Assembly: GCA_048938005.1 (NCBI GenBank)
Contig: JBHLMQ010000013.1
Location: forward strand, 1 to 64,000
DNA: 64,000 nucleotides
Direction: 5' to 3'
Origin: Promethearchaeota archaeon
Lineage (GTDB): Archaea > Asgardarchaeota > Lokiarchaeia > Sigyniarchaeales > SOKP01
This document shows, piece by piece, positions 48,300 to 59,556 of this stretch. The first letter of the stretch is position 1. Every line of letters starts with the position of its first letter. Both the position numbers and the translations under genes were made by a program. The notes below the pieces were generated by a model, which was not told the origin of the DNA, made no database searches, and saw only the letters and a program-made list of their open reading frames with translations.

Positions 48300-49109
48300 T
48301 TATCGCTTAATTCTTTCTATTTTTTCTTTTAATTTAAAAATTCTGTAAATATAAAACCCATAAAGAATTCCCAGAATACTAAAAATTATAATTGCCAGTA
48401 CAAGGATAACTATATTCCAAAGTGGTGATTCTGTAGTAGGAAATGATTTAATATTAATCAGTATTATTGTGCTTTTTATGATCCCACTTGGATAAACTGG
48501 CATTTTTCCGTAAGTAATGTTAAAAGAATAAGCGTTACCATAATCTAATAAAACATCTTCCCCGTTTCCATTGCTGCTAGTAATTGGAATTGAAAATTCA
48601 TAAATTGAGGAAATATCTTCTAATTTTGCTGCTCCATCACCATTATAATTACTATCGTTTAAAAATATACTATTATTTATGTAATAATCGAGGTAATTAA
48701 ATTCATTTTCCGAAATATTTGAAAATTGCAAAATTTTAGCATCAATAAAGTCTTCTTTATTCTCTGAAGAGCTATTTGAAATTATAATGCCTACAAATTC
48801 AGTGGTATTATGATATTCATGTTCTAAATCAATTTGTACAGAGATATAAAGATTCGAATTATCTTGCATAACCCATAATTTAACAGGTAAACCTACAGGA
48901 GGAGAGCCACCTAAATTAATCTGAACTTTTGTAGCCTTATTCCATTCTTGAGAGGAAATATCAATATACCCATCAATTATTGGAGCTTCTCCAAACTCAG
49001 AATCAATTTCTTCAGTTGCGCCATAACTATCAGATATAAAAAGCCAGGAACTGATAGTAATGTTTATTATTATGATGCAGATTATTCCTTTAAGAAATAT
49101 TTTTTTCAA
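48300..49109 (-). CDS. Membrane-anchored DOMON/CBM9-like protein
   Basis: Signal peptide, APIIDG...EW, NLYI, YEFSIP; C-terminal TM. Confidence 0.65.
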   Translation of the reverse strand: MKKIFLKGIICIIIINITISSWLFISDSYGATEEIDSEFGEAPIIDGYIDISSQEWNKATKVQINLGGSPPVGLPVKLWVMQDNSNLYISVQIDLEHEYHNTTEFVGIIISNSSSENKEDFIDAKILQFSNISENEFNYLDYYINNSIFLNDSNYNGDGAAKLEDISSIYEFSIPITSSNGNGEDVLLDYGNAYSFNITYGKMPVYPSGIIKSTIILINIKSFPTTESPLWNIVILVLAIIIFSILGILYGFYIYRIFKLKEKIERIKR

Positions 49110-49308
49110 GATTATTAAGCCATATATTATATATTGTTCTAATTTCTGTGCAATTCAATAATAAAATTGATAATTAAAATTTAATTTAATATTTTTCGCA
49201 TCATCCTTGTTTTTTTCTAAATAGGCTGAACTTTAACATAAAATTTAACTATTAAATATAAAAAAGAGAGATTCAATTATCTAATTAAAATAATTTGAAA
49301 ATATTAAT

Positions 49309-49758
49309 TCAAGATTGATAATTAGGGAGAATTATTACACAATTAAATTTATTTAAATATACAACAATATAGTTTATCAGACTTTTAATCTCACGTTTTG
49401 CTTCTGGCAAATTTTTGTTATTATAATCTGCAAATGGTTTTGGTCCTATCGCAATAAGAACTCCAGATAAATCTTTTTCTCTTTTAATGAATAACCAGAA
49501 AGGCATTTTTTTTTCATTATCTTTTACAATCATAAGCATCCAAGGATTTAATGTCCAGTCAACATTATCAGGCCCTATAACTTTTACTATTGCTTTTTGA
49601 GTATTATATTTTTTAGTCATACGTATTGCTTTAACAAGAGCATTGAAGTAGCTTCTTTTTATCTTTAAATATCCGCCATAATATTTTTTAGCATCATATA
49701 ATTCGAGTTCTTTTTCTATACCACCTGAAGATTCTAAAAAAACTTTCCAAATATCCAT
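49309..49758 (-). CDS. Hypothetical protein
   Basis: 149-aa ORF in an operon with the RNase P genes. Confidence 0.7.
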   Translation of the reverse strand: MDIWKVFLESSGGIEKELELYDAKKYYGGYLKIKRSYFNALVKAIRMTKKYNTQKAIVKVIGPDNVDWTLNPWMLMIVKDNEKKMPFWLFIKREKDLSGVLIAIGPKPFADYNNKNLPEAKREIKSLINYIVVYLNKFNCVIILPNYQS

Positions 49759-49760
49759 AA

Positions 49761-50201
49761 TTAATTTTGTTTGCTTTTTTCTAGTTGAATTTCTTCTATT
49801 TTTATTTCTTTAAATATATTTTTAATCTTTTCTAATGATTCCTTTAAATCCTTACCTTTTATTTCAGCTAGACTTAAATTCAAATAACACTCATAAAAAA
49901 GCTGTTTTGTTATTAGTAGTACTCCTGATGTATGAATAACTTGAAAATTTTGGAGGACTTTGGATATCTTATCAAATATTTCATTGGAAAAATTAAATCC
50001 TGTAAATGTAATCTTTATTATTTTGTCATTTTTTATTGGATAAACTGATATTTTTATGGAGTTTTCTATTGTTGATTGAATTATTAAAAGAAATGGGTAA
50101 TTCTCCATATTTTTGATGTCTAGCAATGAAATTTTTAAAATAGCTTCGGAAATATCATTAGTACGCTGAATATAAGCTTTTGTTAAATTATATACTTTCA
50201 T
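49761..50201 (-). CDS. Hypothetical protein, possible ACT-like fold
   Basis: VIHTSG...FYECYL pattern. Confidence 0.65.
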   Translation of the reverse strand: MKVYNLTKAYIQRTNDISEAILKISLLDIKNMENYPFLLIIQSTIENSIKISVYPIKNDKIIKITFTGFNFSNEIFDKISKVLQNFQVIHTSGVLLITKQLFYECYLNLSLAEIKGKDLKESLEKIKNIFKEIKIEEIQLEKSKQN

Positions 50202-50207
50202 GTTCAG

Positions 50208-50579
50208 TTAAAAAATATTTTTTTCATCTAAATCTATCTTTTTTATTAGGTTCGTTTTTTTAATTGATCGTATAGTCCCAGAAGTTTTTATAGGTGAAAA
50301 TATCACTCTAGTTCCATTAATTTCTTTCACAAGGCTCAATGCTGAAATTATTGTTTCTTTAGATTGGTGAGAGCATCTTATAATTCCATAATCTTCATCT
50401 AAATTAAGCTCTATTAACCATAATCCTATTTTATTTGCCCCCTTCATTCCAAAATAACGCCATATTGATTGCCAAATTGATTTTAAAATTGAACTTTGTG
50501 TAAGATTTATTTTACTTTCTTTAATTATTTTAAAATAGATATATCTTTGCCGTTCCTTTATTGGTATTTTAATCATCAC
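50208..50579 (-). CDS. rnp2: RNase P protein Pop5
   Basis: KERQRYI.F, GIIRCSH, TSGTIRS. Confidence 0.92.
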   Translation of the reverse strand: MMIKIPIKERQRYIYFKIIKESKINLTQSSILKSIWQSIWRYFGMKGANKIGLWLIELNLDEDYGIIRCSHQSKETIISALSLVKEINGTRVIFSPIKTSGTIRSIKKTNLIKKIDLDEKNIF

Positions 50580-51288
50580 CTTTAATTAATCTAACTTCAG
50601 GTTCAAATTTATTATCACGACGTTTTTGAGTTTTTTCTAATAATAACATTGGATTAATTTTAAAAATTTTTTTTGCTTTATCTAAAGAAATTTCTAAAAG
50701 AGAATGACAAATGCTTATTAAAGCTCTTGGATGCCTAAAGTTATACATATCGTCAAAATTTCCACTTATAATACAATTAGCTTTTAATTTTAGGGCTAAT
50801 TGCATTGATCTATAAAGATTTCTAAAACTTTTTGACTGATTTACCTTGCTTTTTCCTATAATCGGAGCTAATGAAAATTCTATAAATGAATTATTTTGTT
50901 TAGTTAGTGAAATTACTCCTGGAGTAAGTGTCTTTATTATTTCTGGATCAGAAAAAGAAACAATATCCACTCTTGAATCTCTTGCTGCATATAATTGAAC
51001 TTCTTTGTTTAATGACTCAATTGAAAGAATTTCCGAAAAATTATTAAAATGTTTTATCTTTTTTTTAAAATCTTCAGGATTATTTAATCTTAAATTAATT
51101 CGATAGAAAATATTTATTTTCGTCTCTTTTTCTATTTTCTCCTTTATATTTGATGGTATTGAGAGTTGATTACCTCTAGGTTCTAAAACTACATTTTTTA
51201 TCCCTAATTTTTCACAAAATTTTAATTTTTTTTGAATCTCGTTAAAATCATCAAAATTTACTAATAGCCGTGATTCAAAATATGACAA
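50569..51288 (-). CDS. rnp3: RNase P protein Rpp30
   Basis: AARDSRVDIV, IEFSLAP, IISG...RHPR, NP; upstream of pop5. Confidence 0.88.
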   Translation of the reverse strand: MSYFESRLLVNFDDFNEIQKKLKFCEKLGIKNVVLEPRGNQLSIPSNIKEKIEKETKINIFYRINLRLNNPEDFKKKIKHFNNFSEILSIESLNKEVQLYAARDSRVDIVSFSDPEIIKTLTPGVISLTKQNNSFIEFSLAPIIGKSKVNQSKSFRNLYRSMQLALKLKANCIISGNFDDMYNFRHPRALISICHSLLEISLDKAKKIFKINPMLLLEKTQKRRDNKFEPEVRLIKGDD

Positions 51289-51414
51289 AAATAATATAAC
51301 CTCAAATGAAATGCTTGACTCTTTATAATAATGTTAAGAATGGTAAAAATAAAAAAATTTTATTGTAAATAAATATTTAAATTTTTAGTTTTTGAAATTA
51401 AGTGAGGATTTTTA

Positions 51415-52704
51415 GTGGTTAAAAAAAGAACTCATTCAGAAATAAGAAAAAAGATTGAAAATGGCTCTGCAGTTATATTTACTGTTCAAGAATTAATAGA
51501 TTATATCAGTGAAGGTAAGAAAATTAAATTTGAAGATGTTGATATTATCACAACAGCAACTAAAGGTCTCATGAGCGGAATTATGGGAATCTTCTCGTTT
51601 CGACTCTCACCTCCAAAAACATTGAGAAAATTTACTGAAGTAAGTGTCAATGGAATTCCCGCTTTTCCAGGACCATGCCCTAATGAATATTTGGGTATAG
51701 TAGATTTAATCATTTATGGCACTACACAGAGTAAAACAATAGATAATTATTGCGGTGGTTCTCTTTTTAGAGAAATTGTAGAAGGAAAAATTATAAAAAT
51801 TACAGCTAAGAGTGCTGAGGGTGAAACTATTGAAAAAAAAATGAAACTTGAAGATATGCAATTCGCTAAACTAGCAGGGACAAGACAAGCTATTAAAAAT
51901 TATAATGCAATGATCAATTGCGAGCCATATAAGGTTGAAACTATCTTTTCTTGTCTTCCTTTTAATGAAAACAAATCCCAAATCACATTTTCTGGATGTG
52001 GAGCATTAAATCCATTTCAAAATGATCCTGAATTTGAATCATTTGGTGTTGGATCTCCTGTTCTTGTAAATGGGGCAATAGGGTATCTCATGGGCCCTGG
52101 AACTCGTAATTATATCGAAAAGCCAAATATGATGACTATTGCGCAATTTAAGGGAATGAAACCAGAATATATGGGAGCGTTTAAAACTTCTTATGGATTA
52201 GAACCTATCTGTAGCTTGGCACTCCCAATTCCTATTTTAAATGAAAGAATTTTTAATAATATAGTGAAATCTGATAAAGAAGTTAAACTTTCAATATTAA
52301 GTCTCGTAGGTCGTGAAAAGGTAGGGGAAATTACTTATGGTGATGTATGGGATAATAATTTCCTTATGAAGTTTAATCCTGATGCTTGTAAAAATTGCAT
52401 AGAATGTAAAGCTATTGATAAATGTCCTACAAATGCTTTTATTTTAAAAAATGGAGCGATTACAGCTATAGATCGATCTCGCTGCTTTAATTGTGGTAAT
52501 TGTACTCATTTATGTCCAGAGGCCTTTATATTAGAGTTAAAGACAATTAAATTCGAGGGTAATGATATTCCAATAGTTTTAAGACAATCTGATAGACATG
52601 GTGCCATATTATTAGCTGAACAGTTGAAATCTATGATTCTTAAAGGAGATTTTCCCATAAAAAAACCGATTAATAAATTACAGTTCGCAAAAACGGTAAA
52701 ATAG
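51415..52704 (+). CDS. DUF39 / methanogenesis marker 16-like metalloprotein with C-terminal ferredoxin
   Basis: VDIITTATKGLMSG, GPCPNE, SGCGALNP..NDP, CKNCIEC...CP and CFNCGNC...CP. Confidence 0.85.
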   Translation: MVKKRTHSEIRKKIENGSAVIFTVQELIDYISEGKKIKFEDVDIITTATKGLMSGIMGIFSFRLSPPKTLRKFTEVSVNGIPAFPGPCPNEYLGIVDLIIYGTTQSKTIDNYCGGSLFREIVEGKIIKITAKSAEGETIEKKMKLEDMQFAKLAGTRQAIKNYNAMINCEPYKVETIFSCLPFNENKSQITFSGCGALNPFQNDPEFESFGVGSPVLVNGAIGYLMGPGTRNYIEKPNMMTIAQFKGMKPEYMGAFKTSYGLEPICSLALPIPILNERIFNNIVKSDKEVKLSILSLVGREKVGEITYGDVWDNNFLMKFNPDACKNCIECKAIDKCPTNAFILKNGAITAIDRSRCFNCGNCTHLCPEAFILELKTIKFEGNDIPIVLRQSDRHGAILLAEQLKSMILKGDFPIKKPINKLQFAKTVK

Positions 52705-52721
52705 TAATTAATACAGTAATT

Positions 52722-53165
52722 ATGGTAGAATCTAAATTATCTAAATTTGATCAAATTGACCTCTTAGTAAGAGATCTTGAGAAAACGGCAAAATCTTGTA
52801 ATACTTTACTAGATTTTAATGGAAAAATCAATATTGTTGTACAGATTAATACGGTTTTTTATAAAGAAAAAGAAGCTACATTTAAGATGAAAAAAATTAG
52901 GCAATATTTTGGCGGGAAACAGTTTGAAATTATTGAATTATTAGAATCCACGGGTGATCATCTATATTCAGAATTTCTTAAAGAAGGGAAGGAACGTATT
53001 CACCACTTAGGAATATATACTAAAAAGGCAAATGAGTTAATCGAATATTTTAAAAATGAATAATATATTGAAGTTATTCAAACTGGAAAATACGAGAAAG
53101 TAAAATTCAATTATTTAGATACCATTGAATCTCTTGAATTTTTTGTAGAATTGATCTCTTTCTAA
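52722..53165 (+). pseudogene. VOC/methylmalonyl-CoA epimerase-like gene with in-frame TAA at 53061
   Basis: DQI..LVRDLEK, QFEIIE, YSEFLKEG..RIHHLG; after the stop the frame continues YIEVIQTG...YLDT...VELISF. Confidence 0.7.
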
Positions 53166-53236
53166 TAGTTCCTCTTTTTGTTTACATTTTTGGTGTTTTA
53201 CTAAGCTTTATTTTTTATTTTTAATAACTATATTAT

Positions 53237-54973
53237 ATGTCTAAACAAACCTTCAATGGTGGAGATTTAGTTGTTAAATGCCTTCTGAAGGAAGGGATTA
53301 CAAAAATTTTTGGTATTATTGGCGGGGAATTATCGAGAATATATGACGCTATAGAAAGATGGGGACGTGAAAAAGGTATTGATACTGTAATGGTTCGTCA
53401 TGAACAAGCAGCAGGGCATATGGCAGACGCATGGGCAAGGGCAACTGGGGAGATTGGAGTGTGTATGGGTACTGTTGGACCAGGGGTTACTCATCTTGTA
53501 CCTGCTGTATCAGCAGCTAATGCAGATTCAATTCCAATGCTGGTAATTGGTGCACAAATCGGTCGTATGTTTGAAGATACTGGAATATTACAAGGAGGAC
53601 TTGATCAAATGGCTTTAATGAAACCTATTACAAAATTCCAGGTTTCAGTTGAAGAACCATATGAGATACCACATGCTGTACAAAAATGCATCAAAATCGC
53701 CATGTCTGGAAGGAGAGGTCCAGTTTTTCTTGAGTTAAGGGAAACTGCATTAGTAAGGGATGCCAATGAAGAGGATGTAAATAAAATTCTAGCACCAGAT
53801 AAATATCGAGCTAAATTTCGACCTGCTGGTAATCCAGAAGTAATTAAAAAAGCTGTTGAAGTTTTAAAGAAAGCAAAAAGACCAATAATCGTAGCAGGAG
53901 GGGGCGTAATTGCCTCAGAAGCACATGAGGATTTACAGAAATTATCTGAAACGTATATAATCCCCACAGGAACATCTTTTAATGGTGTAGGGACAATTGG
54001 AAGAGATCAAAAAACATTTATTGGCTCAAAACTGACTTCTAGTACATATAGAAGTGCTGCATCTGAAGCAGATGTCGTTTTGTCCCTTGGTTGCTCATGG
54101 AATTATACATTACTTTATGGTACGGCACCATTCTGGAATCAAAATCAAAAAATAATTCAAGTAGATATTGATTCAAAAGAAATTGGCAAAAATAGACCTG
54201 TTGAAATTGGGATTATCGGAGATGTAAAAGCAGTTATCCAACAACTTTTGAAAGAGATGGAAGGAATGTTTCCTAAAGAAAAAATTAAAGAATGGTCTGA
54301 ATGGAATGATTACTTACAAGATCTGAGAAAAATTGATGAGTTACAAATTCAGAAACTATTAAAATATGAAAAATTACCTATGAAACCTCATAGATTAGTA
54401 TTTGAAGTGTTAGATTTTATTCCTTCTGATACTCAGTTAGTAATTGATGGAGGGGATATATTCGTATTCACAATGGATCTAATTAATCAAAAAAGTCGTT
54501 CTCCAAGAAGCTTTTTCCGTTCTGTCTCAATGGGACATTTAGGAACAGGAGTACCTTATGCTAATGGTGTTAAAATGGCAAAACCCGATAAGCTTATAGT
54601 ATGTATAACTGGAGATGGTAGCTTTATGTTTACAATTCAAGAATTAGAAACTGCTGTAAGATTAAATCTTCCTATAATTGTAGTAATTGCCAACAATTGT
54701 GCTTGGGGTATGATTAAGAGTTATCAAAAAAATAATCTCCAAAAAAGGTTCTGCGATGTTGATTTTCCACCTATTAATTATGCTGAAATCGCCAAAGGAT
54801 TTGGATGTTATGCTGAGAAAATATCGAAACCAGAAGATATCAAACCTGCTTTACAACGAGCAATAGATTCTAAAAAACCAGCAGTTTTAGATGTAAATAT
54901 TGCTTTTGAAACACCCCCTGCAATGAAGTTCCTTGGTCTCTATAAGAAAAATAAAGGATTGTTTGGAAATTGA
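53237..54973 (+). CDS. Thiamine pyrophosphate enzyme, acetolactate synthase-like
   Basis: VRHEQAAGHMADAWAR, GPGVT, GPVFLE, TGDGSF...NNCAWG. Confidence 0.92.
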   Translation: MSKQTFNGGDLVVKCLLKEGITKIFGIIGGELSRIYDAIERWGREKGIDTVMVRHEQAAGHMADAWARATGEIGVCMGTVGPGVTHLVPAVSAANADSIPMLVIGAQIGRMFEDTGILQGGLDQMALMKPITKFQVSVEEPYEIPHAVQKCIKIAMSGRRGPVFLELRETALVRDANEEDVNKILAPDKYRAKFRPAGNPEVIKKAVEVLKKAKRPIIVAGGGVIASEAHEDLQKLSETYIIPTGTSFNGVGTIGRDQKTFIGSKLTSSTYRSAASEADVVLSLGCSWNYTLLYGTAPFWNQNQKIIQVDIDSKEIGKNRPVEIGIIGDVKAVIQQLLKEMEGMFPKEKIKEWSEWNDYLQDLRKIDELQIQKLLKYEKLPMKPHRLVFEVLDFIPSDTQLVIDGGDIFVFTMDLINQKSRSPRSFFRSVSMGHLGTGVPYANGVKMAKPDKLIVCITGDGSFMFTIQELETAVRLNLPIIVVIANNCAWGMIKSYQKNNLQKRFCDVDFPPINYAEIAKGFGCYAEKISKPEDIKPALQRAIDSKKPAVLDVNIAFETPPAMKFLGLYKKNKGLFGN

Positions 54974-54976
54974 ATA

Positions 54977-55816
54977 TTGATTTTTTATAATTTATTTATT
55001 AAATTTAAGGGAATAAATATGAATAACGACAAATTTTTAGCCGGAAAAATAGCCCTAGTTACAGGGGCTGGAAGTGGATTTGGTCGTGAAATGGCAATTG
55101 CTTTTGCAGGCAAAGGTGCCAATTTAGTACTAAATGATATAAACATTGAAAGCATCGAAGAAACGAAAGATATCATTTTAAGATCATACAAAGTAGATAC
55201 TCTGCCTGTAAAAGCAGATATTTCTGATTTTAACCAAGTTAAAGAGATGAGAAAAAAAGTTTTTGAAAAATTCGATAATATTTTTATATTAGTTAATAAT
55301 GCAGGTGTAAGATTAGGAACATTTTCACTTGTTACAAAAGAAGAGGACTATAATAAAATCATGGATGTAAATGTTAAAGGTGCTTGGAATGTAACAAAAG
55401 CATTTTATAGAAGAATGAGTAAACAGGATTTCAAACCTATTGCAGGAAAAATTATTAACATAGCATCATGTGCAGGTACTGAATGTGGCGCTAATCCATA
55501 TATCGGGATATATAGTGTAAGTAAGGCAGCGCTTATTAGTTTTACAAAACTTTGGGCTCTGGAACTCGGATCGAGTAATATTACAGTAAATGCAATATGT
55601 CCAGGATTATTTTTAACACCTATGTACAAAAATAACCCAGAATTCATTCGAGAGTTTATGAAAAGAAGAAATATTAAACTTCCAATAAACAGGATTGGTG
55701 AATCTAAACAAGTAGCTGATGTCGCTCTATTTTTAGCTTCACCTGCTTCAGATTATATTACTGGCCAGAATATCATTTTAGATGGCGGGATGACAGTTTC
55801 AGTAAACACATTATAG
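54977..55816 (+). CDS. Short-chain dehydrogenase/reductase (likely start ATG 55019)
   Basis: TGAGSGFG, VNNAG, YSVSK, VNAICPG, ITGQ. Confidence 0.93.
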   Translation: MIFYNLFIKFKGINMNNDKFLAGKIALVTGAGSGFGREMAIAFAGKGANLVLNDINIESIEETKDIILRSYKVDTLPVKADISDFNQVKEMRKKVFEKFDNIFILVNNAGVRLGTFSLVTKEEDYNKIMDVNVKGAWNVTKAFYRRMSKQDFKPIAGKIINIASCAGTECGANPYIGIYSVSKAALISFTKLWALELGSSNITVNAICPGLFLTPMYKNNPEFIREFMKRRNIKLPINRIGESKQVADVALFLASPASDYITGQNIILDGGMTVSVNTL

Positions 55817-55870
55817 AATATAAGAATTAATTAAGAATTTGATTTATTTGGTCAAAATCATATAATACTG

Positions 55871-56455
55871 CTATTTTCCACGACCTTTATTTGCTCTAAT
55901 ACTTGGTCGTGTTTTTTCTGAACCCCATCCTTTCTTATGTAATCCTCGAGCTCTTTTTCCCGCAGAAGTAAGACCACGAGTAACTCTTTTCGAGTGTTGA
56001 GGTTTAGTCATCCAATTAATTTTAGGATCGGATTTAATGACCGGGTGGTTTGGATCTACTAATAATACTTCATAGTACCAGTGTCTACCATCAGAATAAA
56101 CTTTATAGCTATTTAGAACCTGCATGTTTGGATACTTTCTTTGAACACGTTCTTCCGCAATCCATTGAAGGTTCTTTCCTGTTGTATATTTGGAAACACC
56201 CATTGCTCTCGGTTTTCTGCCTCGTTTCGGACGTGTTTTATGCATTCCTCCTTTTCTTATTCTAGCTCTCACTATTATATATCCTTGTTTTGCTTTATAC
56301 CCTAAAGTTCTTGCTCGATGAAGTTTGGTTGGTTTTTCAACTCTTTGGATTGATCTACCCTTTCGGTATTCAATTCCACGTTGCCAATGTGGTGTTTGAT
56401 AGCCTTTTTCGTGTTTTTCAAAAGTCTCTTTCACATGACTATATCCTGACTTCAA
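55871..56455 (-). CDS. rpl15e: 50S ribosomal protein L15e
   Basis: [36 protein letters not shown]. Confidence 0.97.
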   Translation of the reverse strand: MKSGYSHVKETFEKHEKGYQTPHWQRGIEYRKGRSIQRVEKPTKLHRARTLGYKAKQGYIIVRARIRKGGMHKTRPKRGRKPRAMGVSKYTTGKNLQWIAEERVQRKYPNMQVLNSYKVYSDGRHWYYEVLLVDPNHPVIKSDPKINWMTKPQHSKRVTRGLTSAGKRARGLHKKGWGSEKTRPSIRANKGRGK

Positions 56456-56654
56456 TTTATCCTAGCACATCCTTGAATTAATATTTATTAAAAATAAGCA
56501 TATTTTATTATTTTTATGGTTATTCAATTTTTACATTGAAATCCTAAATTCTTTTGGTAATTCAGAGTTAACATAATTGTCTTTTAATTAAATACCTGTT
56601 TAAGTAAATCACTTGTTCTCTTTAAATAGTTAAAATCAAAAATTAAAGTGTACT

Positions 56655-57881
56655 ATGTTTAAATCAAAAAAGATTGAATCAAAATCGTATTTTAAGATAA
56701 ATTATGTTTCTTTTGTATTCATTTATTTGGTATATTCATCCATTTTTGTTTTTCTTAATAATTACTTCCCAATTCTTTTTTTTGATGTATTAAATATTAA
56801 TCGATTTATGTTAGCGTTTATGCAATTTTTAGCTTACTCTCTTCTATTATTTCGCCCTATGTTTGCTGCAATAACAGATAAATATAGAATCAATGGTTAT
56901 CAACGGAAATATTATATTATACTTTCAGGATATTCTTTAGCTCTTATCTATATCTTAATGGGTCTTTTTGTTACTAATATTTTTGTTTTTGGAGTTTTTT
57001 TATTCTTAATTTTTATTTCTAGTACAATGTTAGATGTTTCTACAAAATCGTTAGTTATAGATATTTCACCAACTAATGAAATGAAAAAACGTTATATTTT
57101 TTATATGTTTGTTGGCGAAGCTTTAGGAAAATTTTTTCCTTTCTTTCTATATTTTCTTTTACTCAGGGACGTTTATTCATTAAGCTCTTGGGAAAATTTT
57201 ATTATTTGTAGCTACCTTTTTTTAATACCTTTATTAAGCATCTTACCATTTATTAGGGAAATTAATCAAGATAAACCTCAAGTAATTGAAAACTCTGAAA
57301 ATTTTATTATATCTAGTAGTAAAGATGTAAATTTTTCTCCATTTTCTAAGCTTACTTTTATCTTATTTTGTGTTTTTGTATTTTTTGCTTTTAGTGACGG
57401 AATTTTTGCATATTCTTTTTTCCCATTTTTATTGAATAAATTTGGACCTGATAAATTTAACCTTTTTAACTTTTTTTTACTTTTTTACTTTCTATTAAGT
57501 ATCTCGAGTAGTGCAATCGGGAGTTTTCTTATAAAAAGAACAGAACCTAAAAAAATTATATTAATTTTAATCCCAGTGGTAGGAATTATATATACGATGT
57601 ATACCGTTGTCCCTTTTACATTTTTTACCATATTATATTTTATTGGATGCTCTTTAGCGACAATTACTAATCTTAATATTTCAGCTTATATGATGAAATT
57701 TAAAAAAGGAAATAAATCCATCTACTTTCATCTTATTGCATCCTTCAGACAGCTTTCAATCTTCATTTTTCTTCCATTAGGAACATTACTTTCCAGCTTC
57801 ATCACCACAGAATATCTTATTATCATTGGAGCTATTTTACTTAATGTATCTCTAATTCCTTTGATAATTATAAAACCTTGA
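56655..57881 (+). CDS. MFS transporter
   Basis: About 12 TM; RPMFAAITDKY...QRKYY; DVSTKSLVID. Confidence 0.85.
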   Translation: MFKSKKIESKSYFKINYVSFVFIYLVYSSIFVFLNNYFPILFFDVLNINRFMLAFMQFLAYSLLLFRPMFAAITDKYRINGYQRKYYIILSGYSLALIYILMGLFVTNIFVFGVFLFLIFISSTMLDVSTKSLVIDISPTNEMKKRYIFYMFVGEALGKFFPFFLYFLLLRDVYSLSSWENFIICSYLFLIPLLSILPFIREINQDKPQVIENSENFIISSSKDVNFSPFSKLTFILFCVFVFFAFSDGIFAYSFFPFLLNKFGPDKFNLFNFFLLFYFLLSISSSAIGSFLIKRTEPKKIILILIPVVGIIYTMYTVVPFTFFTILYFIGCSLATITNLNISAYMMKFKKGNKSIYFHLIASFRQLSIFIFLPLGTLLSSFITTEYLIIIGAILLNVSLIPLIIIKP

Positions 57882-57912
57882 CACTTATATCATTTTTTTA
57901 GAAATAAAAAGA

Positions 57913-59556
57913 TTAAGGATATATTTCTCCATGTTTCCAATATTGAGGAATAAATAAATCAAAATCCTTTTCCCCATTTCTATACAAATGAGCAAATTTA
58001 AAATATCCTTCTCTCATAATCTTGAAATCACCTTTATCAAAGAAAGGTGTTTTGTTTTTTATTTGATCCGAAACATATTTTTTTACCCATGCATAATTCA
58101 AACTTAATGATTCAAGAAAGTCCAATTCTTTACTAGGTTTTACTATCTTATTATAAACTCGATGATCATCGAGTGGTTTTCTCCACCACTTGTCATAGTA
58201 GATTTTACCTCCATACTTCACTTCACATTCATTATATATTATATTGGGGGGTATTGCTTTATAATACCTAATATCCATTATTATTTTGTATTGTTCGCTT
58301 AAAGATTTGCCACCAAATCTTTTTCCAATAAAAAAATCTCGATTATCTTTTATAGTTTGTCGTGTTTCACTTGGAAGCCCGATAATTAAAAAAATCCAAA
58401 TATTTGTATTTATTTCATTTGAAAATATTATTAGATCTTCCATCTTTTTTATATATTTTTCATAATCAGCATCATTCTTGGAATTTAATTTATTTAAGTT
58501 TTTAAGCATCGAAATTGAGGCAGACTCAAATCCAAAATATGGTTCAATATCTAGATCTCTGTAATATAAAAGGTCCATTTTTGAACATACATCGACTCTA
58601 TCATATACAATTATTTTATAAGGAAATCCTCTTTCACTATTTTTTAAGATTCTTAATTCTTTAAAAAAACTTTCTCTAACACTTTTTCTTGGGAAAAAAA
58701 TCGGATCACTGATAGTAATCCCATTTGGATTGAGCCAATTGGTTTCTCTGATGATTTTTAATTCTTCAATACATTTATCAATCGCTCTCCATCTATAATT
58801 TTTGTGAAAAACTGGGTATTTTCCAGAAAGACAAAGTTTACAATGAAAGACACAACCCCGCCCAAAATCAATATTTAATCTCAAATTTTTAAGTTTATCT
58901 TTATATCGCTTCATGAGGGAAAAATCGATGAGGGGTAAATCGTTTAAACAAGGAAAGAAGCCACCTTCTATGATATGGGGTTTCATTTTGTTTTTACGAT
59001 CAATTTTCAGATTGTTATTTAGAAGGTGTTTGAGTAAGTTGAAAAAAGCCAATTCTCCTTCTCCTTTTACTAAATAATCAAACGGAATAACTTTTTCAGG
59101 GAATTTTTTAACAATAAATGAAGGTATTTTTTCATCGCGGAACTCTTCTGGAAAGAATGTGGGGTGATAGCCTCCTACAGTGATTACACATTTAGGGTTT
59201 ATTAGAGATTTTATTAGATACGCAATTAAAACTGAATTTAAGTATTCATAGGAAGAATAACATGAGAGAGCTATAATATTAAAAGCAAAATTATCATATA
59301 AATTAGAAAAGAAAGCCTCCAGTTCCCTTTTATATTCATCTAAATTTTTAAATTCAAATGATGGTAATCCTTCCAATCGTAAATCAATAAGAATTTCTTC
59401 AAATTCGAAGGGTATCTCTTCCTTTCTCGAATTTATATAATTAGAGATCCGTAAAAAGTAAGTATAAAATGCTTTATGAGAATGGACTAATTCTTGAGGA
59501 AAAAGATACATAATTCTGAATTTTTCTTTATTATTATATAATCGTTCTATTTTCAT
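57913..59556 (-). CDS. B12-binding radical SAM protein
   Basis: VGGYHPT, GEGE, RGCVFHCKLC (CxxxCxxC), GFES, IIGLP.ET. Confidence 0.88.
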   Translation of the reverse strand: MKIERLYNNKEKFRIMYLFPQELVHSHKAFYTYFLRISNYINSRKEEIPFEFEEILIDLRLEGLPSFEFKNLDEYKRELEAFFSNLYDNFAFNIIALSCYSSYEYLNSVLIAYLIKSLINPKCVITVGGYHPTFFPEEFRDEKIPSFIVKKFPEKVIPFDYLVKGEGELAFFNLLKHLLNNNLKIDRKNKMKPHIIEGGFFPCLNDLPLIDFSLMKRYKDKLKNLRLNIDFGRGCVFHCKLCLSGKYPVFHKNYRWRAIDKCIEELKIIRETNWLNPNGITISDPIFFPRKSVRESFFKELRILKNSERGFPYKIIVYDRVDVCSKMDLLYYRDLDIEPYFGFESASISMLKNLNKLNSKNDADYEKYIKKMEDLIIFSNEINTNIWIFLIIGLPSETRQTIKDNRDFFIGKRFGGKSLSEQYKIIMDIRYYKAIPPNIIYNECEVKYGGKIYYDKWWRKPLDDHRVYNKIVKPSKELDFLESLSLNYAWVKKYVSDQIKNKTPFFDKGDFKIMREGYFKFAHLYRNGEKDFDLFIPQYWKHGEIYP

